From Alphaproteobacteria bacterium (lineage in GTDB: Bacteria; Pseudomonadota; Alphaproteobacteria; GCA-2731375): a stretch of DNA of 64,000 nucleotides. The DNA lies in NCBI GenBank assembly GCA_965232515.1, contig CBDDPY010000002.1, forward strand, positions 1,184,001-1,248,000, in the 5' to 3' direction. Positions 28,178 through 39,102 of the stretch are shown here, one piece after another. The notes beneath the pieces are model-generated. The model did no database searches, was not told the origin of the DNA, and saw nothing but the letters and a program-made list of their open reading frames with translations. How positions within the stretch are numbered: the stretch's first letter is position 1; each line of letters opens with the position of its first letter. The translations under genes were made by a program, and so were the position numbers.

Positions 28178-29773
28178 ATGAGAGGCAAACACCGTCTGTT
28201 CGCCGTTGTAACGACGCTTACCGTCTTATCGCTTACCAGTAGCGCGGTGCTCGCTCAAAAGCAGGGCGGCATTCTCAAGGCCTATCACCGCGGCACGCCG
28301 CCAAGCGGCTCGATCCACGAGGAAGCGACCAACTCCACGGTCTCGCCCTATATGGGCGTCTTCAACAACCTTGTGATGTATGACCAGCACGTTGCGAAAA
28401 ACAGCCTGGAGACGATCGTTCCCGATCTCGCCACCGAGTGGACGTGGTCGGACGACTTCACCCGGCTGACCTTCAAGCTGCGCGAGGGCGTGAGCTGGCA
28501 CGACGGCAAGCCGATGACCTCGGCGGACGTCGCCTGCACCTGGAACCTGGTGCTGGGCACGAGCCGGCAGAAGCTGCGCAAGAACCCGCGCAAGTCCTGG
28601 TACACCAACCTCGACGAGGTCACCACCAACGGCGACCATGAGGTCACGTTCCACCTGAAACGCCCGCAGCCGGCCTTCATCGCGCTGTTGGCCTCGGGCT
28701 ACAGCCCGGTATATCCGTGCCATGTCTCGCCGAAACAGATGCGCACCAACCCGATCGGCACCGGCCCGTTCAAGTTCGTCGAGCTGAAGCAGAACGAGCG
28801 CGTCGTGTTCACGCGGAACGAGAATTACTGGAAGCCGGACCGGCCCTATCTCGACGGCGTCGAGTGGACGATCATCAAGAACCGCTCGACCCGTGTGCTG
28901 GCCTTCATCGCCGGCCGTTTCGACCTGACCTTCAACCAGGACATCACCGTGCCGCTGTTGAAGGACGTCAAGGAACAGGCGCCGGACGCGGTCTGCAAGC
29001 TCAGGACGAGCAATGTCAGCACCAACCTGATCGTCAATCGCGACGCGCCGCCCTTCGATAACGAGAAGATCCGCACCGCGATGGCGCTGACCGTCGACCG
29101 TCAGGCCTTCGTCGACATCCTGAGCGAAGGGCAGAACGTCATGGGCGGCGCGATGATGCCGCCACCGGAAGGCGTCTGGGGCATTCCGAAGGACAAACTG
29201 TCGGACGTGCCGGGCTATGGCGATGTCGCCAAGAACCGCGCCGAGGCGCGGGCGATCATGGAGGGCCTCGGCTATGGCGCCGACAACCCGCTGAAGGTGA
29301 AGGTCTCGACGCGCAACATCGCGATCTACCGCGATCCCGCCGTGATCCTGATCGACCACCTGAAGGAGATCCATATCGCGGCCGAACTGGAGACGGTGGA
29401 GACCAGCAACTGGCACGCCAAGGTGGCGCGCAAGGACTACATGATCGGCCTCAACCTGACCGGCCTCGGCGTCGACGACCCGGACGCGAACTTCTACGAG
29501 AACTATGCCTGCGGGTCGCAGCGCAACTATACCGGCTACTGCAACAAGGACCTGATGGCCCTGTTCGAGAAGCAGTCGATGATGAGCGATCAGGAGGAGC
29601 GCAAGAAGCTGGTGTGGGAGATCGACAAGAAGCTGCAGGCGGACGTGGCCCGGCCGATTATCTTCCACGACAAGTCCGCGACCTGCTGGCAGGCGCACGT
29701 CAAGGGCTTCGATACCATGACGAACAGCGTCTACAACGGCTGGCGCATGGAGGACGTCTGGCTCGACAAATAG
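28178..29773 (+). CDS. ABC transporter substrate-binding protein, family 5 (Dpp/Opp/Nik)
   Basis: Signal peptide, PDLATEW, FKLREGVSWHDG, PIGTGPFK. Confidence 0.92.
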   Translation: MRGKHRLFAVVTTLTVLSLTSSAVLAQKQGGILKAYHRGTPPSGSIHEEATNSTVSPYMGVFNNLVMYDQHVAKNSLETIVPDLATEWTWSDDFTRLTFKLREGVSWHDGKPMTSADVACTWNLVLGTSRQKLRKNPRKSWYTNLDEVTTNGDHEVTFHLKRPQPAFIALLASGYSPVYPCHVSPKQMRTNPIGTGPFKFVELKQNERVVFTRNENYWKPDRPYLDGVEWTIIKNRSTRVLAFIAGRFDLTFNQDITVPLLKDVKEQAPDAVCKLRTSNVSTNLIVNRDAPPFDNEKIRTAMALTVDRQAFVDILSEGQNVMGGAMMPPPEGVWGIPKDKLSDVPGYGDVAKNRAEARAIMEGLGYGADNPLKVKVSTRNIAIYRDPAVILIDHLKEIHIAAELETVETSNWHAKVARKDYMIGLNLTGLGVDDPDANFYENYACGSQRNYTGYCNKDLMALFEKQSMMSDQEERKKLVWEIDKKLQADVARPIIFHDKSATCWQAHVKGFDTMTNSVYNGWRMEDVWLDK

Positions 29774-29878
29774 GGATGGACGTAGCGGCGCGGGCCGGGC
29801 AGGGGCCTCGGCCCGCCCGTCCCGGCCGCGCGATCGAGTCCCGTCCCACTCGCCACACCGCGTGAAGGAGATGAGCCC

Positions 29879-30826
29879 GTGGGCACCTATATGGTGAAGC
29901 GTTTCCTGTTGATGCTGCTGACGCTGTTCGGCATCTCGGTGATCATTTTCTGCCTGCTGCGTCTGGTGCCGGGCAGCATCGTCGACATCCTGTTCGATTC
30001 CGCCGGCTTCATCGATCCGGCCGAGAAAGCTCAGATCGAGGCGGAACTCGGCCTCGACCAGCCGATCATCGTGCAGTACGCCGCCTGGATCGGCGGTCTG
30101 CTGCAGGGCGACCTCGGCTATTCCTATGTGTCCGAGCTGCCGACCATCGACGAGCTGGCGCCGCGCATTCCGATCACCGCCAAGCTCGCCCTGCTGGCGC
30201 TGATCTTCTCGGTGCTGTTCGGCCTGCCGCTCGGCGTGATCAGCGCGGTGAAGCAGGACACCAGCCTCGACTACTGCCTGCGGGTGATTAGCCTGAGCGG
30301 CCTATCGCTGCCGTCATTCTGGCTCGGCCTGCTGATCCTGATGGCCTTCGTCAGCTATTTCGACGCCATCCCGATCTACACCAATCCGCCGGACAGTCTG
30401 CTCGACGAGCTCTTGCTTTACAGCGTGCCGGCGGCCGCCGTCGGCTTTCGAAGTTCGGCATTGATCATGCGCCTGACGCGATCATCGATGCTGGAGGTTT
30501 TGCGTCAGGACTATATCCGCACGGCCAAGGCAAAGGGCGCCTCGGAGAACGCGATCAACTACCGCCACGCGCTGAAGAACGCCGTGCTGCCGGTGACCAC
30601 GATCATCGGCATCGAGGCGGGGTTTCTGATCGGCGGCCTGATCGTCACCGAGACCGTGTTCAACATCCCGGGCGTCGCCCGCTTCCTGGTCGAGGCGATC
30701 CAGTGGCGCGACTACCCGATCGTGCAGAACCTGGTGATGTTCATCGCCGTCGTCGTCGTGCTGGTGAACTTCATCGTCGACCTGACCTACGCCGCGCTCG
30801 ACCCGAGGATCAAGTATGCCGACTGA
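29879..30826 (+). CDS. ABC permease (DppB/OppB-like)
   Basis: GDLGYS, LRQDYIRTAKAKG EAA loop, DPRI end. Confidence 0.92.
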   Translation: MGTYMVKRFLLMLLTLFGISVIIFCLLRLVPGSIVDILFDSAGFIDPAEKAQIEAELGLDQPIIVQYAAWIGGLLQGDLGYSYVSELPTIDELAPRIPITAKLALLALIFSVLFGLPLGVISAVKQDTSLDYCLRVISLSGLSLPSFWLGLLILMAFVSYFDAIPIYTNPPDSLLDELLLYSVPAAAVGFRSSALIMRLTRSSMLEVLRQDYIRTAKAKGASENAINYRHALKNAVLPVTTIIGIEAGFLIGGLIVTETVFNIPGVARFLVEAIQWRDYPIVQNLVMFIAVVVVLVNFIVDLTYAALDPRIKYAD

Positions 30827-30857
30827 CGCGCAGCCCGCACCGGCCGGAGCCTAGTCC

Positions 30858-31751
30858 ATGGCCCAGATCGACCATCAGCTCGAACTCGCCCGCGCCGGCG
30901 CCCATGTCGAGAGTCGGCTGGGCGCGCTGCTGTTCTTCTGCCGCCGCTATCCGCTGGGCGCGATCGGCGGCGTCATCGTGCTGGTCTTCGTGCTGGCGGC
31001 GGTCTTCGCCGATGTCATCGCGCCGCACGACCCGCTGTCGACCGATCCATTGCTGTCGTTAAACCCGCCGACCACCGAGAACGTGCTCGGCAACGACATG
31101 ATGGGCCGCGACATGTACAGCCGGATCGTCCACGGCGCCCGTATCTCGCTTGCCGTCGGCATCGGCTCGACGCTGCTGGGCGGCATCATCGGCGTCATCG
31201 TCGGCCTGCTGTCCGGCTACCTGATGGGCTGGGTCGACTTGGTGACGCAGCGCATCATCGACACCATGCAGGCGCTCCCGTTATTGGTGATGGCACTGGT
31301 GATGGCGGCCGCGCTGGGCCCGTCGCTGGAAAACACCATCATCGCCATCTCCATACCCCTTGTGCCGCAGGTGGCTCGCGTGATCCGCGCCAACACGCTT
31401 TCGCTGCGCGAGATGCCGTTCGTCGAGGCGGCGCGGGCAGGCGGCATCAGCGAGATCTGGATCGCCATCCGCCATGTCCTGCCGAACACGCTGGCGCCGC
31501 TCATCGTGCTCGGCACGGCGCAGCTCGGCTCGGCGATCCTGACCGAAGCCTCGCTCTCTTTTCTGGGTCTCGGCATTCCGGAGCCGTATCCCTCCTGGGG
31601 CCGTATGCTGTCGGAGTCGGCGGCCGAATACGTGCGTACGGCACCTTGGCTGGTGATTTTCCCGGGCATCGCCATCTCACTTGCCGTGTTCGGCACCAAT
31701 CTCCTGGGCGACGCCTTGCGCGACCTGCTCGACCCGCGGCAGCGCTCGTGA
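30858..31751 (+). CDS. ABC permease (DppC/OppC-like)
   Basis: [29 protein letters not shown]. Confidence 0.92.
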   Translation: MAQIDHQLELARAGAHVESRLGALLFFCRRYPLGAIGGVIVLVFVLAAVFADVIAPHDPLSTDPLLSLNPPTTENVLGNDMMGRDMYSRIVHGARISLAVGIGSTLLGGIIGVIVGLLSGYLMGWVDLVTQRIIDTMQALPLLVMALVMAAALGPSLENTIIAISIPLVPQVARVIRANTLSLREMPFVEAARAGGISEIWIAIRHVLPNTLAPLIVLGTAQLGSAILTEASLSFLGLGIPEPYPSWGRMLSESAAEYVRTAPWLVIFPGIAISLAVFGTNLLGDALRDLLDPRQRS

Positions 31752-32811
31752 CCGCAGAGCCGACGTCGACCGTCACCGTCGCCCGGCCGGAGGCGCAACC
31801 GGACGCCGCGCCCGTGCTCGAGATCGAGGGGCTGCAGACCTACTTCTACACGCGCGAGGGTATCGTCAAGGCCGTCGACGATGTCTCGTTCTCGCTCGGT
31901 CGCGGCGAAACCTTGGGAGTCGTCGGCGAGTCCGGCTGCGGCAAGAGCATCACCGCGCTCTCGGTCATGCGGCTGGTGCCCGATCCGCCGGGCAAGATCG
32001 TCGGCGGCCGGGTCCGTCTCGAGGGCCGCGATCTGATGGCGCTGGACGAGACCGAGATGCGCGACATCCGCGGCAACGAGATCTCGATGATCTTCCAGGA
32101 ACCGATGACCTCGCTCAATCCCGTCATCAGTATCGGCGAGCAGGTCTGCGAGGCTTTGCGCCTGCACCAGGACCTGTCCAAGGCCGACGCCATGGACAAG
32201 TCGGTGGAGATGCTGCGGCTGGTGAAAATCCCGGAGGCGGCGCAGCGGGTGAAGGAATACCCGCATCAGCTCTCGGGCGGCATGCGCCAGCGGGTGATGA
32301 TCGCCATGGCGCTGGCGTGCAATCCGAAGGTGCTGATCGCGGACGAGCCGACGACGGCCCTCGACGTTACGATCCAGGCGCAGATCCTGGACCTAATCGT
32401 CGACCTGCAGGAGCAGCTCGGCACGGCGGTGATCCTGATCACGCACGATCTCGGCGTCGTCGCCGAGACCACGCGGCGGGTCGTGGTCATGTATGCCGGC
32501 CGCAAGGTCGAGGAAGCGGACGTGCAGTCGCTGTTCGACACGCCGCTGCATCCCTACACCAGCGGCCTGCTGGCCTCGATCCCGCGGCTCGGCGTCATGA
32601 GCGGCGAGGCGGAAGAGGCGGCCGGCCGGCTGCTGGAGATCCCGGGCATCGTGCCGGCGCTGAACAATCTGCCGCCGGGCTGTACGTTCGCGCCGCGCTG
32701 TCCGTTCGCGGACGATCGCTGCCGGGCCGAATATCCGGCTTACGAGGAGAAGGCGCCGGGGCACTGGGCGGCCTGCTGGCGCAGCCACGAAATCGAGCTG
32801 GGGCCGGGCGC

Positions 32812-32815
<4 letters not shown>
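31748..32815 (+). CDS. ABC ATP-binding protein (DppD/OppD-like)
   Basis: [26 protein letters not shown]-terminal Cys-containing oligopeptide-transporter domain; GTG overlaps the upstream stop. Confidence 0.92.
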
Positions 32816-33819
<1,004 letters not shown>

Positions 33820-33902
33820 GAAAGTCGACGGATCTGATGAGCAAGGGCCGGATTGACTCCGCTCGCCCGCGTGTGCGTCCATTGGGCCAGCGAGGTCCCG
33901 CC

Positions 33903-33918
33903 TTAACCAGTTGTTAAC
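33903..33918 (+). promoter_or_regulatory. CtrA-consensus box
   Basis: TTAA-CCAGTTG-TTAAC (TTAA-N7-TTAAC) in a GC-rich intergenic region. Confidence 0.55.
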
Positions 33919-33984
33919 TGGAATCGACGAAGCCTCGGATCGACCTAGATGTAGGTGTCGGTGACGTTGCTTCCGAGGAAGTCG

Positions 33985-35274
33985 ATGCCAATGAACTCCA
34001 AGCTGGCCTGCATCGCCGGCGCGGCCATCTGCGCGCTGGGCACGGAGGCGGGCGCGCTGACATTAACGGCGGGCTCGGCCTGGCCGTCACCGACGATCGC
34101 GGTCTGCTGGGACGGACCGCGCAAAGCGCACAAGCAGGAACGCCGGATGGTCCGCAAGGCCATCGCCGCGACATGGGAGCGGGAAAGCGCCGTCCGGTTC
34201 ACCGGCTGGCGCGCCTGTCACGACGACTCGGCCGGCATTCGCATCGCCTTTGAAAACTCACACCCCCGAACCAACGGGCGGGGAACCGGGATCGACGGAC
34301 TGTCGAAAGGCGTGATCCTGCCACCGCTGTGGAGCGTGGCGGCGCTGTCGATCAACCTGAAGGCCACGGTGCACGAATTCGGCCACGCGCTCGGCTTCGG
34401 CCATGAGCATGCCCGCAGCGACGCGCCCGAGCCCAAGCGCTGCGGCGCCTTCGACGGCACCGGCAAGCGCCATATCGAGCCGGATGTGGCGATCACGCCG
34501 TTCGACGTGGACTCGATCATGGTCGCCTGCGTGTCGATGGCGACGGTTCGGTTTTCGCGCGGCACGCCGAGCCTGAGCGCGCTCGACATTTTCGGACTGA
34601 TCCGCACCTACGGCTCGAATCCGAAGAACGTTTTGGATCGGGACGAGACCGGCGACCGTTTCGGCGCCGCCTTGCTGGTGCGCGACATGGACGGCGACGG
34701 AGTCGCCGATCTGATGGTCGGCGCGCCGGGCGAAGACGGCGGCAGCGGCGCCGTCTATCTCTACAGGGGCGATCGCAAACGCGGCTTCCGGCCGCTGGCG
34801 CGATACACGCCGGCCGACTTCGGCATCGGCGACGCCGACGGCTACCGGTTCGGGTCGGCGATGACCTGGCGGACGGCGACCGGCGCCGCGCCGGCCCGGC
34901 TGATCGTACATGCCAACCATCCGACCGATGGGGCCGGCTTCCAACTGGCCGTCGCCGCCGGCAGCGCGCCTGACGTGGCGGGGCGGTCCGACATGCCGGT
35001 GCCGCCGCCACGTCCGAGGACCGCCGCCTTGATGCCGGATCTGGCCACGCCGCCGATGTTCGGTTTTCCCGACCTCTCCGGCCGCGGCGGGCGAGACCTG
35101 CGGGTGCAGTGGCACGACCTCGACGGCGACGGCATCGACGACGCCGTGATCGGGGCGCCGCACGCCGACGGCGCGGCGGAACGCTCCGGCGCCGTGGTGA
35201 TCCTGCGGGGTCAAACCGATACTGGGTCAAGTGCGAAGGCGGCAGCCTGGTACTGGTTCGGACAAGCTTACTAG
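33985..35274 (+). CDS. Secreted zinc metallopeptidase (M12/astacin-like) with FG-GAP repeats
   Basis: Signal peptide, HEFGHALGFGHEH, DSIM Met-turn, FG..DMDGDGVADLMVGAPG..GAVY; start approximate. Confidence 0.78.
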   Translation: MPMNSKLACIAGAAICALGTEAGALTLTAGSAWPSPTIAVCWDGPRKAHKQERRMVRKAIAATWERESAVRFTGWRACHDDSAGIRIAFENSHPRTNGRGTGIDGLSKGVILPPLWSVAALSINLKATVHEFGHALGFGHEHARSDAPEPKRCGAFDGTGKRHIEPDVAITPFDVDSIMVACVSMATVRFSRGTPSLSALDIFGLIRTYGSNPKNVLDRDETGDRFGAALLVRDMDGDGVADLMVGAPGEDGGSGAVYLYRGDRKRGFRPLARYTPADFGIGDADGYRFGSAMTWRTATGAAPARLIVHANHPTDGAGFQLAVAAGSAPDVAGRSDMPVPPPRPRTAALMPDLATPPMFGFPDLSGRGGRDLRVQWHDLDGDGIDDAVIGAPHADGAAERSGAVVILRGQTDTGSSAKAAAWYWFGQAY

Positions 35275-35440
35275 CACTTACGCCTACTCGAACACGCACT
35301 CCATACCATCAGCCGGCCGTCCGCCTTTTCCTCGGGGTGACGTCGCAGCCGGCCGCGTGCTGTATCATGGTGGTTCAATGACGGTCTTTCGTTCGTGTAT
35401 GCCAGCGGGAAGGCAGCATCTGAGAGCGCTCGGGAACCCG

Positions 35441-35938
35441 ATGAAGATCTGGACATTGGCCACATGGCTGGTCGCATTGTGTGCCTCGGTCATCATCGCA
35501 ATGGCGGTGTTCACGGAGAAGACGTTCCATGTCGAAATCGTCATACCGGCGCCGCCAGCCGCCGTGTGGTCGGTACTGACGGATTCGACGGCCTACAAGG
35601 AATGGAACCCGGTCTTCGTCCGTGTCGAGGGCGAGTTCCGCGAGGGAGAAGAGGTTGAGAGCCTCGTTCGGGAACCCGACGGCGACGAGACCGCGATCAC
35701 CTCGACGATCGTCAGGCTGATCCCGGAAAGGGAGATAAACCAATATGGCGGGCTTCCCGGGTTCATTACCTTCGATCACAAATGGCTGCTGGAGCCGGTC
35801 GACGGCGGAACCAAGGTCATTCAGCACGAGGTCGATCGCGGCTTCTGGATCTGGTTCTGGGACTCAAGCTGGGTCGAGCCCGCCTACGCCAGCGCGAACG
35901 AGGCCTTGAGAGAACGTGTGCTCCAGCTTGCTGAATGA
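35441..35938 (+). CDS. SRPBCC (polyketide cyclase-like) domain protein
   Basis: IPAPPAAVWSVLTD..YKEWNP, N-terminal hydrophobic segment. Confidence 0.78.
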   Translation: MKIWTLATWLVALCASVIIAMAVFTEKTFHVEIVIPAPPAAVWSVLTDSTAYKEWNPVFVRVEGEFREGEEVESLVREPDGDETAITSTIVRLIPEREINQYGGLPGFITFDHKWLLEPVDGGTKVIQHEVDRGFWIWFWDSSWVEPAYASANEALRERVLQLAE

Positions 35939-35982
35939 ACGCCGCTGACCGCCCAGTTCAGCTGCCCGCATTCAGTCGTCGC

Positions 35983-36474
35983 TCAATCGTCGTCGTCGTC
36001 CTTGCCGGGTTTGCGGACCACGAGGCCGATCCGGTAGACGTCGTCGATCTTGCCGACGAGGAAGACCGAGGTCGGCAGCTTGCCGGTGCTGTTGATCGGC
36101 GCCTCGTCATAGACGACGCGGACGCGGTTGGTCATCTTCATGTTGGGCACCAGCTTGCCCGTGGCGAGCGCGCCGTCGAGGCCGTTCTCGGGGAAGTCCT
36201 CGAAGGTGATCGAGAGGATCGGCCGGCCCAGGCCGCGGCGGATCTGAAAGGCGACGATCCGGCGTTTGATCTTGCCGGCGTCCTTCCAGTAGACGAGCTC
36301 TTCGAAACGACCGTAATCGCGATTTTCGATCGCTTCTTGGATGGTCGCCACGAGCGTGTCCGGGTCGCGCGGCAATTCCGCGGCGGCGGCGACCGGGGCC
36401 GCCAACGCGACGAAGAACAGGCCGGGGGCAACGAGCCCCCGGCCGAACAGTTTCGTCACAAGACGCGTAAACAA
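35983..36474 (-). CDS. Hypothetical secreted protein
   Basis: 163 aa with signal-like N-terminus, 5 nt downstream of the PQQ dehydrogenase; start uncertain. Confidence 0.6.
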   Translation of the reverse strand: MFTRLVTKLFGRGLVAPGLFFVALAAPVAAAAELPRDPDTLVATIQEAIENRDYGRFEELVYWKDAGKIKRRIVAFQIRRGLGRPILSITFEDFPENGLDGALATGKLVPNMKMTNRVRVVYDEAPINSTGKLPTSVFLVGKIDDVYRIGLVVRKPGKDDDDD

Positions 36475-36479
36475 GACGT

Positions 36480-38234
36480 CTATTCCTTCAACGCGAAGAC
36501 CCAGATGACGCCGCCCTGGGGCACGTCAGGAATGCGGCCGGCCGGCAGCATGTCCTTCAGGAGCCCCTGCATCCGCTCGGCGTCGACGCCCCAACCGGAC
36601 TGCACGGCGATGTACTGCACGCCGTCGACCTCGTAGGAGGCCGGCACCGCGGTTACGCCCGAGTTGGTCGGGAATTCCCACAGCATCTCGCCGTTGGTCG
36701 CGTTGAACGCGCGGAACATGCGATCGTTGGTGCCGCCGGTGAAGATCAGGTTGCCGCCGGTCGACAGCAACGGACCCCAGTAGGGCGTGTCGTTGAAGGC
36801 GTGCTCCCAGACCATCTCGCCCTTGTCGAGGTCCCAGGCCTGCAGCTTGCCGATCGGCACGGGCTTCGACACATCCACGCTCTCATGGAAGCGCAGCGAC
36901 GACAGGATCACGTCGATCGGCACGCCGATATAGAGCTCGCCGGGCTCCCGCTCACCGATGGGTGCGCCGCCGAATTCCGAGCACAGGTTCTCGTGCGCCG
37001 GAATGTAGAACAGCTTGGTGTCGGGGTTGTACGCCTCCGGCGGCCAGTCCTTGCCGCCCCACAGGCTGGGGCAGAAGAATGCCGACTTGTTCGTGCCCGG
37101 CGTGCGCGCTTCGACATAGGTCGGCCGTCCGGTCTCCGGATCGATCGACTCGAAGGCGTTCTGGATCACGTACTTGTCGGCGGCGATGAAGTTGATCGGA
37201 CCTTCCGGCGTCCGCTCCATCGACCAGATAAAGCCGTTGCGGCCGGCATGCACCAGGCCCTTCACCTTCTGGCCGTCACGCTCGAAGTCGATCAGCAACG
37301 GCGCGGAGACTTCGTCCCAGTCCCAGGCATCGTTCCAGTGATACTGGTGATGGCCCTTGATCTCGCCGCTGTCGATGTCGAGCGCGATCACCGACGTGGT
37401 GTAGAGGTTGTCGCCGGGACGCGTGTCGGGCATCCACGGACCGCCGTTGCCGGTGCCGAAATAGGCCAGGCCGGCTTCGGCGTCGTAGTTGCCCTGCATC
37501 CAGACGGAACCGCCGCCGGTCTTCCAGCTGTCGCCCTTCCAAGTGTCGTGGCCGGGCTCGCCCGGTCCCGGAATGGTGTAGGTCTTCCAGGCCTCGGCGC
37601 CGGTCTCGGCATCGAGCGCGACGACATAGCCGCGGATGCCGTATTCGCCGCCGGAGACACCGGTGACGACCTTGCCGCGGGCGACGAGCAGCGACAGCGT
37701 CGAATAGTAGCCGTCGGTGTAGTCGCCGATGAGGACGTCCCAGACGACCTCGCCGGTCTTGGCGTCGAGCGCGACCACGCCCGCGTCAACCGTGGCCATA
37801 TAGACCTTGTCGCCGTAAAGGGCGGCGCCGCGATTGGTCGGGTGCAGCTGGAACAGATCCTCCGGCAGCTCACGGACGTAACGCCAGATCTCGGTGCCGG
37901 TCTTGGCGTCGAGCGCAATCACCTGGTTCTGCGGCGTCGACACGAACATCATGCCGTCGTTGACCATCGGCGGCGACTGGTGACCTTCGGTAACCCCGGT
38001 CGAGTAGCTCCAGACCGGGACCAGGTTCTTGACGTTATCGGCCGTGATCTGGTTCAGCGGGCTGTGACCCCAACCCTCGTAGTTGCCGCGCCACTGCAGC
38101 CAGTTTTCCGGCTCCGGATTGGTCAGACGTGCGTCCGTCACCGCGTTGTAGTCGGCGGCATTCGCGAGCCCAACGCCGCCGACGCCCAGCGCCAGGAGCG
38201 TTGCACATAGTGATCTCGTACAGCGTGATCTCAT
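36480..38234 (-). CDS. PQQ-dependent dehydrogenase (methanol/ethanol family)
   Basis: Signal peptide, SPLNQIT..NVKNL, W-motif propeller repeats, GGEYGIRG, WDWDEV, CPSLWGGKDW, YEVDGVQYIAV. Confidence 0.9.
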   Translation of the reverse strand: MRSRCTRSLCATLLALGVGGVGLANAADYNAVTDARLTNPEPENWLQWRGNYEGWGHSPLNQITADNVKNLVPVWSYSTGVTEGHQSPPMVNDGMMFVSTPQNQVIALDAKTGTEIWRYVRELPEDLFQLHPTNRGAALYGDKVYMATVDAGVVALDAKTGEVVWDVLIGDYTDGYYSTLSLLVARGKVVTGVSGGEYGIRGYVVALDAETGAEAWKTYTIPGPGEPGHDTWKGDSWKTGGGSVWMQGNYDAEAGLAYFGTGNGGPWMPDTRPGDNLYTTSVIALDIDSGEIKGHHQYHWNDAWDWDEVSAPLLIDFERDGQKVKGLVHAGRNGFIWSMERTPEGPINFIAADKYVIQNAFESIDPETGRPTYVEARTPGTNKSAFFCPSLWGGKDWPPEAYNPDTKLFYIPAHENLCSEFGGAPIGEREPGELYIGVPIDVILSSLRFHESVDVSKPVPIGKLQAWDLDKGEMVWEHAFNDTPYWGPLLSTGGNLIFTGGTNDRMFRAFNATNGEMLWEFPTNSGVTAVPASYEVDGVQYIAVQSGWGVDAERMQGLLKDMLPAGRIPDVPQGGVIWVFALKE

Positions 38235-38298
38235 TCCATCCCTCCTTCTGCCGACCTTCACCGACCGCGTTGTTGCGGCCGGCGGCACCCCAAGGCCG

Positions 38299-38925
38299 TT
38301 ATTTTTTCGCGCCGCCGGGCTTCCGGGTGAAGCCCTTAAGAGCGACGACGAAACCCTCATCGTCCAGACCGACGGGCACCATCGGTAACTGCCGCCGTGC
38401 CGGACCGCTCATCACGGTGCCCTCGGACAGGGCGTCGAATTCGGACAAATGGCAGTGGCAGCGTAAGTGCCGTTCCTCGGCTTTCCAGGATTTGATCGTG
38501 CAGCTTCGATGCGTGCAGAGCGCCGAATAGATCAACACGCCATCGACGCTGCGCTCGCGCGTCGGCTCGTCCATCTCGTTCGTGTCGAGCCGCAGCATCA
38601 GCACGCGGTTCAGCCGGTTGCGGCGGCGGATGACGCCGACCTCGGGATCGAACGGAAAGCCCTCGATGGGCCTCGCGCCGACCTCGAGCAGCTCCGGCCT
38701 CAAGAACTCGTTCTTCAGACTGCCCTTGATGATCTGAAAGCGATCGCCCGGCTGTGTCGGGCTCTTCTCCGGCTTGGTCGCGGCATCGGCGTCATCCAGG
38801 CCGAGTCCGACCCCAGCGGCGACGACCGCGCCACCGATCAAAAGATCCCGGCGGACAATTTCGACAGGGCCGGACGACTGTTTCCGACCCTTGGGACGCT
38901 CTACAGGCGTGTCACGATCATTCAA
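38299..38925 (-). CDS. Tat-exported Rieske [2Fe-2S] protein (QcrA/PetC-like)
   Basis: RRDLL twin-Arg plus hydrophobic stretch; CTHRSC...CHCHLSEFD, GPARRQLP. Confidence 0.85.
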   Translation of the reverse strand: MNDRDTPVERPKGRKQSSGPVEIVRRDLLIGGAVVAAGVGLGLDDADAATKPEKSPTQPGDRFQIIKGSLKNEFLRPELLEVGARPIEGFPFDPEVGVIRRRNRLNRVLMLRLDTNEMDEPTRERSVDGVLIYSALCTHRSCTIKSWKAEERHLRCHCHLSEFDALSEGTVMSGPARRQLPMVPVGLDDEGFVVALKGFTRKPGGAKK

Positions 38926-39102
38926 ACGACTGTTGCCTCCTCCCGACCCGCGCGCCTTTTCGGCGTCGCGGTTATGTGTCTTATTTTTCGACGGGGCGCT
39001 TCCCTAACCCCCGTCGAGATGACGCAACTTGAGAAAACGGTAACGGAAACGTTAATGCGCGCCAAACAAAAACTTGCCGGCGCGCGCCCCGCGCAATGGC
39101 GA

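Noticed and set aside
39040-39058. Possible CtrA site upstream of the Rieske gene (GTAA..TTAA)
   Set aside because: Spacing is 8 rather than 7 and the first half-site is imperfect
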